64,000 bases of DNA. Origin: an uncultured Candidatus Saccharibacteria bacterium (lineage in GTDB: Bacteria > Patescibacteriota > UBA1384 > XYA2-FULL-43-10 > 1-14-0-10-43-13). Within the stretch, counting starts at the first letter, position 1. Each line of letters starts with the position of its first letter. The notes under the pieces are model-generated. The model worked only from the letters and a program-made list of their open reading frames with translations. It searched no databases and was not told the origin of the DNA. The stretch covers positions 33,751 to 97,750 of the forward strand of contig CAZVMH010000002.1 of NCBI GenBank assembly GCA_964628585.1, given 5' to 3'. This document shows positions 56,719 through 64,000 of this stretch, piece after piece. The translations under genes were made by a program, and so were the position numbers.

Positions 56719-59700
56719 ATGCCAGAAGATCTACAAGCGGGCTTAGACGATGTAAAAAAGTTTGAAGATGAAATGAATAAGCAGCAGGAGGGTGCTGTTT
56801 CAACCCAAGAAGAGGAAAAAGCTAAGCCAATCTTATCTGAAGAAGAAAAAAGAGAAGAAGATCGTAAAGAGAACGAAAGACTAGACAAAGTTAGAGAAAA
56901 TTTTCTATCCTTAATCAAAGACCGTTCTGCCAGTTTAGTCCAGATAACAGATGAAAAAAATTTACTAGAACTTCTAAATCTGTCTGGAAATTACACACAA
57001 GAGCAACTAGAAAGAAGTTTAAACGCTGTTGATGATCTATTGAGTGACAATACCCTTGATTATGACAGACGAATGTCAATTGAAAAGTACTTACGAAATA
57101 CTGCTGACAAATTGCCACGAGAGGGTGATGGCAAAGAAGAAGAAGTTGACGAAGCCACCAGGTTAGCTAAAGTAAAAGAGAATTTCAGGCGGCTGATTAT
57201 TGATGATAAATACGATCTCTTTCAAATAACCGATAATGATAAATTGCCTGTTCTTTTGTGCTTGCCAAAAGATTTTACTCAAAAACAGCTTGAAGATAGT
57301 TTAAATGTAGCAGACGACGTTACAAGCGACAAGTCGATAGCGGGAGAAAAGCAGTTACCTCCCGAAGAACAGAGGGCCCATGAGACAAAAGTTTACGATC
57401 GACAAAGAACAATAGAAGCATATTTAAGAAGAAACACACTTAAGGGCAGAGAAGAAGAGAAGCCCGAAGATAAGCCAGAGGAAAAACCTGATGGCAGATA
57501 TGCTATGACATTTGAAAATGGGAAGCCTGTCGAAGAAGATACAATTCCTTTTAGCGAGGGAAATATTCCTCCAGAACACGCACTGGTAAGATTACAACAT
57601 GGTAAATTGGCTGTCATTGAAGGGGGCAAACCAGTTGAACCATCAAAAGAAATGATATTAATCGCCGATGTCTCAGAAGTATTAAAAGCAATGGCTTGGC
57701 GTTTGGCTGAAAATAGATTGAATGAGATTGTAAATAATAACAGAGACAGGACTGGCGATGGCAGGATTAAAGGATTTTTCAAATCACAGATGGCTAGAAT
57801 GGGAGAGAGGGGATATTTAACTAAATTCTATTATGAAGCATTAGAGGAGATGAGAAACAATCAAGACCTAATGGCGGAAATTCGTGGCAGGATGATGGGC
57901 AGAAGTGAATTTGTGGGTTCTGACCCAGCCAAAATTGAACAATGGCAAGTTCTTGATCAAGTTGTTCGAGAAATGGAAGAAGGAGTACTAGAATCTTGTG
58001 AAAAGGGTGAAGATATTGAAAATTCAGGAATAATATTTGCAGACCTTATAAATAGACATATTGCTGGAGAATTTGCCGACAGGGGTGCTTTTGAAGCAGC
58101 GGCAAGAGAAGCGATAGAAGCTGCGATTTCTTCAGGAAAGATAAAAAGAGAGCAATTTGCAACCGATAAGGGCAGACAGGGTGAAGCAGAAGGGCTAATG
58201 TATGCTTCAAATCTTTACGAAATAGCTGAGGCGCAGAGATTAAAAATTGAAGCACGTTATGAAAACGGTGAATGGTCAGAATTTTCACCAGAACAGAAAA
58301 AAACCATTGCAGAGCATATTAATGCAACTGGAAATTTGGATATAAGACTAGCAACTAAACTACGTGATATAAATGAGGAGCGTCCTGAGCGACCAGATCA
58401 GACCAGAGGATATTTGAGAGGAATGGACAGAATCGCCCAATTTGCTAGATCTCGGCCAATTCTTGGAGCTATTATAAATCCGACGACGATTGGTCTAATG
58501 TCTTCAATGGCAGTGAGAAGTCCGGCCAGAATGGCGGCAATGGCTGGAGTTGGTGCATTGGGAGTCGTCGGCGGTTTTGCATTACCAATTTTAGTTGGAG
58601 CTGGTTTGGGCGGAGCTTTCGCATATGCCAGAAGACATAACGCCTTAGCACATGACAGAGGGCTAGAGCAGAGGAGAGAAGCAATCGGTCAGCAGGGTCA
58701 GGGCGCTCGTGCAGAAAGGCTGCGAGATTTTGGTTTCTCTGGAATTGGTAGAAGTGCAGAAAGCCTTTTAGCCGATGTGACTGCTGGCAACGCCGATGCT
58801 GTTCTTGAGGCAGCCGCTCTTTTTCAAGCAGAAAGAGAATTAAGAGATGGGGGCAGACCGGTTGACTTGATTACAACCGAGCAAGAGACTGGTGAGCAAT
58901 TTAAAACTAACTATATTCCAAAAACCGAATTAAAAATTGCTATTAGAGACCAAATTGGCTCACTAGATGCTGGAGCCCTAAGCGCAAGGGTAGCTGAAAT
59001 TAAGGGCCGAATTGCAGAACAAGACTCTGGTTTTGAAAAATTTAGAGGCAGAGAGTCTTGGAAGGCAGCAGCTTTTGGAGCAGCAGCTGGAGCCGTGGCG
59101 GGTGCAGCAGCTATTGAAATTAAAGATTATGTCCAAGAACACTATATGGGGCAGGAAACTGGTGTAACAATGCTGGAATACGCACAAGGAGAAAGACCAG
59201 CAGTGGCTCATTATGAAGTTGGCGGAACAGACATTGTTCCAATGGACAAAGTACATTCTGCAGTTACAATGCCAGATACTGGAGAAAAAATTGATGTGGA
59301 ATATAGATTGGGTTACGACGGCAAATTAATACCAATTCATACTGGTTTGCCAGAAGGATATAGCTTTGATGCGGCTGGTAACCTTGTGCATCATGTTGAT
59401 GGTATTGAGGGTGGTCCAGTTACAGCAGAAAATTGGGATCAAATGCGGAGTATATTGGAAAGCCAGCACGGGGACTTATTAGAGAAACAGCATGTTAGTT
59501 GGTCTGGATTTGGTTACAATGAAAATGCTCCGTCTGGAAATTCATATACCGATTTCTATATACCAAGAGCCGAGGGCACAGAACTACAAATGGACTATAT
59601 AGGCAATCAAGATGGTTCAGTCACAATTAGTGCTGAAAGAATGCTTGACCATGTTGCTTTTTCTCATGGCAAAGAGGTTAAAGTTACTCCTGAAATGCTA

Positions 59701-60723
59701 GATAGGTTAGTTGCAACAATTTCTCCAAGAGACAGAGTACTACAGCACGAGGCATTGGTAGCCCACATTCAGGATGGAAAAATTACTTTTCCAAAAGAAC
59801 TTGCTGAAAAAATATTTGATCTAATTAATGGCAAAGTTGAACCAAAGCCTGGCATTCAAATTACACTTGATCAGGTGGTTCATAGTGATTCGGAGGGCCA
59901 ATCAAGTCTGTACAGTCTTGCCGCAGATTATGCTGAAGGAACAGCTCAAATTGATCCAGTTCCAGCAATAGATGAAACAGTGCCACCACCAGTAATAGAC
60001 TACGTGCCAGCAAAAGATATTATTCCTCCAGTAGTTATTCCTTGGGACAGAAGAAAACCAATTGGTGATGTTGAGGGTGGAAAAAAAGTCCAAGAGCGGG
60101 GTGCTAGCGAGAAAGAAAACAAAGAGAAGAAAGGCAAAATCAAAATTATTGACCAAAAAAATAAAGCAGTTTTATGGGCGGTAGGGAAGTCAGAACAAAG
60201 AGAAAAAGATAAACTTAAAGCAGAAGAAGGACAAAAACTTGAAGCGGTACAACAAAAAATTGCTTCTATGCCAGACGGAAGTCCGGTAATGGAAAATCTT
60301 TCAGTGTCGGGCGAAAAACCAGTTGAAGGAAAGCTCTCAAATGAAAGCGTTGAACAAGACCTTAATCGTGCCGTAAGCGCAGTTCCTGAACGCGAGATAG
60401 ATTCCGTTATAAGTGGATTATCAAAAATTTCAAGAGAAAGAGACAATTTTGCGCAACAAAAAGCTTATATGCAAATGGGTGCCAGAGAGGGTGGAAGCGT
60501 TGGCACTTTTTCTTCAAAAGTTCCTATTAGGGAAGGTGAAGCTTGGAAATTTATTAAAGCAGAAGATTTAACAGAAGAAAACCAGAACGAAATTGACGAT
60601 TACATAAGAAGAGTAATGAAAAAATTAATGGATCGATCAAATCAAATAAAAGCAAACGCTCCAGCTAGGACAAGTTTGGGAGATAGAGTTAAAACACTTT
60701 TTGGTAGAAATAAGGAGAGATAA
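56719..60723 (+). CDS. Large orphan protein with N-terminal tandem repeat and Gly/Ala-rich hydrophobic hairpins
   Basis: Long ORF; GGAGGG RBS before ATG 56719; no recognisable family motif. Confidence 0.8.
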   Translation: MPEDLQAGLDDVKKFEDEMNKQQEGAVSTQEEEKAKPILSEEEKREEDRKENERLDKVRENFLSLIKDRSASLVQITDEKNLLELLNLSGNYTQEQLERSLNAVDDLLSDNTLDYDRRMSIEKYLRNTADKLPREGDGKEEEVDEATRLAKVKENFRRLIIDDKYDLFQITDNDKLPVLLCLPKDFTQKQLEDSLNVADDVTSDKSIAGEKQLPPEEQRAHETKVYDRQRTIEAYLRRNTLKGREEEKPEDKPEEKPDGRYAMTFENGKPVEEDTIPFSEGNIPPEHALVRLQHGKLAVIEGGKPVEPSKEMILIADVSEVLKAMAWRLAENRLNEIVNNNRDRTGDGRIKGFFKSQMARMGERGYLTKFYYEALEEMRNNQDLMAEIRGRMMGRSEFVGSDPAKIEQWQVLDQVVREMEEGVLESCEKGEDIENSGIIFADLINRHIAGEFADRGAFEAAAREAIEAAISSGKIKREQFATDKGRQGEAEGLMYASNLYEIAEAQRLKIEARYENGEWSEFSPEQKKTIAEHINATGNLDIRLATKLRDINEERPERPDQTRGYLRGMDRIAQFARSRPILGAIINPTTIGLMSSMAVRSPARMAAMAGVGALGVVGGFALPILVGAGLGGAFAYARRHNALAHDRGLEQRREAIGQQGQGARAERLRDFGFSGIGRSAESLLADVTAGNADAVLEAAALFQAERELRDGGRPVDLITTEQETGEQFKTNYIPKTELKIAIRDQIGSLDAGALSARVAEIKGRIAEQDSGFEKFRGRESWKAAAFGAAAGAVAGAAAIEIKDYVQEHYMGQETGVTMLEYAQGERPAVAHYEVGGTDIVPMDKVHSAVTMPDTGEKIDVEYRLGYDGKLIPIHTGLPEGYSFDAAGNLVHHVDGIEGGPVTAENWDQMRSILESQHGDLLEKQHVSWSGFGYNENAPSGNSYTDFYIPRAEGTELQMDYIGNQDGSVTISAERMLDHVAFSHGKEVKVTPEMLDRLVATISPRDRVLQHEALVAHIQDGKITFPKELAEKIFDLINGKVEPKPGIQITLDQVVHSDSEGQSSLYSLAADYAEGTAQIDPVPAIDETVPPPVIDYVPAKDIIPPVVIPWDRRKPIGDVEGGKKVQERGASEKENKEKKGKIKIIDQKNKAVLWAVGKSEQREKDKLKAEEGQKLEAVQQKIASMPDGSPVMENLSVSGEKPVEGKLSNESVEQDLNRAVSAVPEREIDSVISGLSKISRERDNFAQQKAYMQMGAREGGSVGTFSSKVPIREGEAWKFIKAEDLTEENQNEIDDYIRRVMKKLMDRSNQIKANAPARTSLGDRVKTLFGRNKER

Positions 60724-60739
60724 GTAATTAGGAGCATAT

Positions 60740-61075
60740 ATGGATGAAAATAAAATCGATAACAAAGTAAGTGCCTTGGTCCCAGAACTTAAAGAATATG
60801 TTCAGGCGCTTATGATAGAAAAGGGGAATGATATCATGCCGGCAGATATTCAGGCAGAAATGATGCATGATCTTTATACTCGTTTCGGAGATTATCTTAT
60901 GGTTAATCTGGCAAAGTCTATGGAGAAAGAAGCTTCGTATCAATTTGAAGATATGCTCTCTAACCAGGATCCATCTGAAGAGGTGATAAATTTTATCAAG
61001 GAAAAAACTGATTTTGAAAAAGTTGTGAAAGAAACTTGCGACGAATTTAGAGAGATATATATCGGTAAAAAATAA
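60740..61075 (+). CDS. Small acidic helical protein, DUF5663-like
   Basis: Typical CPR pattern L..FEDML...EEV..FI...DF..VV....EF...Y. Confidence 0.65.
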   Translation: MDENKIDNKVSALVPELKEYVQALMIEKGNDIMPADIQAEMMHDLYTRFGDYLMVNLAKSMEKEASYQFEDMLSNQDPSEEVINFIKEKTDFEKVVKETCDEFREIYIGKK

Positions 61076-61250
61076 GTAGTAACTATTCAAAAAAGAGAAA
61101 CAAAGTCTCTTTTTTGTTTTCCCTGTCTTAGGTATTGACAAAATAAATTAGTTGTGCTATAATGCATCCATCATGAGGGTGAGTGAGGAAGCATTCTCAA
61201 GAGGGACAAATTAATTAGTTATTCAGTCACGCCAGATATAATTACAAATT

Positions 61251-61345
61251 ATGCGGTAGTGTGCTGGACAGTCATTTCTGCCTTCGGGCAGAGCGTAGGT
61301 TCCCCCTCCGCCTACGAGACTGTTCGGCACAGTGCCGCATTTTTT
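61251..61345 (+). ncRNA. Structured three-way-junction RNA in the leader of a GC-rich islet
   Basis: 23-bp outer stem with three G-U pairs, inner hairpins TCTGCC-TTCG-GGCAGA and CGTAGG..CCTACG, T-run; TTGACA...TGCTATAAT promoter from 61135. Confidence 0.6.
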
Positions 61346-61448
61346 ACAGGATTTTGGTAAGATATGCGTCTGCACGTTAACATACGGTGGTATGGCCTCT
61401 CAAGTAGGCCGCCACTAATATAACCTCGCAAAACGAGGTGGAGGGATC

Positions 61449-61961
61449 ATGAGACTCAGTATTGCTATCCTTCTGGCGTTAATAGGCGCCAGCCTCCTCG
61501 CTCCGTGCGAGGCGGTAGAGATCTACGCACCGTTAGAACCCAAGGCGACGAAAGTCGCTCCTCCGGTGATTACGGTAATACACGACGACGGTGACTACGA
61601 TGTGGTTACTGAGCGCTCGGGTAGAGTTCCTGGGATAGAGCGAAAGCTCTCCGAGCTCGAATCGGAGTGGCGCAGGCTTAACCGCCGAAGCCACATCGAC
61701 TACAAAGCTCGACAGAGAGCGAACGCTCTCTCTGTTCAGATTGTCTCTCTTCGGAAGGCAATAGGAACAGAGCGATCAGAGAGAGTCTCCGCTGACCAAT
61801 GGGAAAGAACCCAGAGGGAAGCTGGAGATATCAATCTATCTGGGCGTATCAACAACGAGGCCCAGGCAAGGCGAACTGGCGACGAGGACAACATGCTCCT
61901 CACAGTCTGCCTCTGCGGAATTCTTCTGGTAGGATTGGCGTACGTCGCAACATCGCGCTGA
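61449..61961 (+). CDS. GC-rich secreted coiled-coil protein with C-terminal TM
   Basis: GGAGGG RBS, signal peptide, coiled coil, C-terminal hydrophobic helix. Confidence 0.7.
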   Translation: MRLSIAILLALIGASLLAPCEAVEIYAPLEPKATKVAPPVITVIHDDGDYDVVTERSGRVPGIERKLSELESEWRRLNRRSHIDYKARQRANALSVQIVSLRKAIGTERSERVSADQWERTQREAGDINLSGRINNEAQARRTGDEDNMLLTVCLCGILLVGLAYVATSR

Positions 61962-62011
61962 CGCCACAGACCATAGCGGCACCGGCTAAACAGGTGCAGA
62001 AAGAGATTTCA

Positions 62012-62359
62012 ATGAACACGATTCTTACGGTTTTCGCACTTCTAGTCGTTGGTATCATTGTCGCTAATGCCCTTAAGGGACGCGGTGGTGCTCCCGCCGG
62101 TGCTGTTGTGCCGGTCCCACCCATGGGTATGCTCAATGTTAACGGGGGTTGGAGCACCCCAGTCGACGCTGATCAGGCCGTTAAGGCCGGTTGCCGACTT
62201 GTCGACGTAGTCACTTCTGGCTACGCCTACCGCAAGGTAGAGCCGGCTCGGAACGTGACCATTGGGGCAGTGAATGCTGCCATCGTCGGACGCGAGAAAG
62301 ATGGCGTACGACGTCTCCGCGGCTACGCGCGGGGAGAAGTTATCAACATTGGGCCGTAG
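62012..62359 (+). CDS. GC-rich single-TM orphan protein
   Basis: MNTILTVF... N-terminal TM; hairpin terminator 62372-62406. Confidence 0.6.
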   Translation: MNTILTVFALLVVGIIVANALKGRGGAPAGAVVPVPPMGMLNVNGGWSTPVDADQAVKAGCRLVDVVTSGYAYRKVEPARNVTIGAVNAAIVGREKDGVRRLRGYARGEVINIGP

Positions 62360-62426
62360 CTCCCAAAGAACAGAAGTCCCTGTCGCATCCGCGGCAGGGC
62401 TTCTTTCGTTTCTAGGACATATTTAC

Positions 62427-63998
62427 TTATTTTTTAGCTTGTGATTTTTCGAATGCATCAAAATTGTCAAATAACCCATTAACTTTTATCTTTTTATCTT
62501 CTTGTTCTTTCAACCATTTTGTTGCCGCTTCACTATTTTCGAAATTTTGATTCTCTTTTTCTATAGTGTTTTTTTTCTTTTTGTTCTTGTCATAATTGAA
62601 CTTGGCAAACTTTACTTTCTCTCCATCTATTGTTATCTCATAATAGATATCTTTCTTTTTCTTTTCATCTGTTTCATCAACGAGAGCGATGACTTGACCG
62701 CTAACTATTTCTTTTTCTACTTCCTTATCACCTTCTTTAAATTTAATCTTTACCTTTGCTTTTTCTGGTTCTTTTGTTGGCTCTGGTGGAGTAGGCTCTT
62801 TTGCAAGTTTGGGATCTTTGTATCTCTCTGCTATCATATCAACATTGCGTTTTTGAAGTAAATCTTCAGGGGAAATATTACGAATTACATTAAATTCTTT
62901 TTCTTCGCCGGTTACTTTGTCTATTTCAGTTCCCAGCGACGGATCAAATTCGCTGTAAACCAACATTTTCTGATGAGGTGGTCTGTCAACTATATTTACA
63001 ATTTTTATTCGATGCATTCCGCCATCATTATCTTCATATACCCATTCCTGACCGATTGCAAAATCTGGTTTAAGCTCTCTTTCAGCAAGATTTCTTACAA
63101 TTGAGTCTCGAGGTTCTGGCTGATAACGTCGTCTTTGTATTTCTTGTTTTTCTTTCATGTCTTTTCTTCTGTCTTCGAATGCTCTGTTTTGCAATTCATT
63201 ACTAGTACCACGCCAAGCAAAGCGAGTCAAAAGAGCGCCCAAAGTTGTCATGGCATTGCGTCCCAATTCGTTCCAAGCTGCTCCTGCCAAAGGTCTGGCT
63301 AATGATTCGTTCAATATATGAGAACCGGATTCTCCGAGTGGAAGAACAGTTGCTTTGTCAGCAACAGCCTGGAGCATTTCGGCGCTACTGTTATAATGAA
63401 AAATGTAATCTTTGGCAATACCCAAACTTTGTTGCATAGCCTCGTTTACTCGTTGCACTCCATGATAAATACCATTTCCATCTAAATCCATTTTTACAAT
63501 TTCACCCCGAGCCAGTTGCTCAGCAAGTTGGGTCTTGGCGTTAAGAAGACTCATAATACCACCACCAATTCCACCAGCCAGAGCAAGCCCCTCCTGAATC
63601 CATTCCCATCTGCGGTTGTAAGCCTGCAGTTGTTTCTCTTGAAAGTCTATTGATTTTCCAGGAGCAACTTTGCTCGATTGATAGACTTCAGTTCCGGTAT
63701 TTAAAACGGGTCCAGTTGGACCACCCTGCATTGGGTCTCCAAGTTCGCCTCTAGTTTCAAGGGGTTCACCAAGTACTCGAGTATCAATAAAAGGCGTACC
63801 CCCATTTGTCTGTTCAAAAGTTACAGTATTTTGTTCTGAATCGTGAATAAAGTTAACTAAACTTTCAATTGCAGCGTTACGAGCCTTGTAGTGACTTGCA
63901 AGTTGTTCGTCGGTCAGAGTTTCTCTATTTGTCGGCTCTTCATCTGGAATATGATCCGCTAATTCACGAGCCTTTTTATAATATCTTTCTCTGCTAAT
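62427..63998 (-). CDS. Large orphan protein, C-terminal part (frame open to the window end)
   Basis: No stop from 63998 to 62430; hydrophobic GLALAGGIGGG segment; Lys/Glu-rich C-terminus. Confidence 0.75.
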   Translation of the reverse strand: MSRERYYKKARELADHIPDEEPTNRETLTDEQLASHYKARNAAIESLVNFIHDSEQNTVTFEQTNGGTPFIDTRVLGEPLETRGELGDPMQGGPTGPVLNTGTEVYQSSKVAPGKSIDFQEKQLQAYNRRWEWIQEGLALAGGIGGGIMSLLNAKTQLAEQLARGEIVKMDLDGNGIYHGVQRVNEAMQQSLGIAKDYIFHYNSSAEMLQAVADKATVLPLGESGSHILNESLARPLAGAAWNELGRNAMTTLGALLTRFAWRGTSNELQNRAFEDRRKDMKEKQEIQRRRYQPEPRDSIVRNLAERELKPDFAIGQEWVYEDNDGGMHRIKIVNIVDRPPHQKMLVYSEFDPSLGTEIDKVTGEEKEFNVIRNISPEDLLQKRNVDMIAERYKDPKLAKEPTPPEPTKEPEKAKVKIKFKEGDKEVEKEIVSGQVIALVDETDEKKKKDIYYEITIDGEKVKFAKFNYDKNKKKKNTIEKENQNFENSEAATKWLKEQEDKKIKVNGLFDNFDAFEKSQAKK

Positions 63999-64000
63999 TA

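Noticed and set aside
1-64000. CRISPR array, prophage, integrase or IS transposase
   Set aside because: No regularly spaced repeat-spacer array and no recognisable cas, phage or transposase ORFs.

Overview
A low-GC (roughly 35% by eye) bacterial chromosome segment, most likely from a Patescibacteria/CPR organism. That assignment is an inference from a DUF5663-like protein, a MEMO-CapA fusion, a shortened Mfd, charged N-terminal extensions on L1/L7-L12/NusG and a type IV pilus locus with no secretin in the window. Left to right: (1) rpmG 3' end and tRNA-Trp. (2) An extracellular-matrix island (0.8-10.8 kb): a mini LPxGG peptide, GT2, GH26 and two paralogous CBM-deacetylases, next to a SipW/TasA-like operon with apparent shaft, tip (lamin-tail) and membrane-anchor subunits. 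(3) MEMO-CapA and dinB. (4) A 19-kb type IV pilus locus: adhesins, pilNOP-like genes, split PilB, PilT, PilC, seven pilins, PilD and a four-helix-bundle gene enclosed by inverted repeats. (5) Housekeeping genes: rnhA, rodA, rplU-secE-nusG-rplK, mfd, dprA, topA, recR, dus, prfB, ybaB, pth, rplA, rplJL, tgt. (6) Two GC-rich islets of secreted orphan proteins with long structured leaders, and two large orphan proteins. Strongest candidates for something new: the anchored TasA-like fibre plus polysaccharide system; palindromic DNA elements inserted in-frame into NusG, L7/L12, Dus and prepilin leaders; a synonymously recoded duplicate of the rplL 3' end; a minus-strand sRNA displaying a 16S-tail-like loop; and pervasive leaderless genes. 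All calls are by eye; no database searches or folding programs were run.
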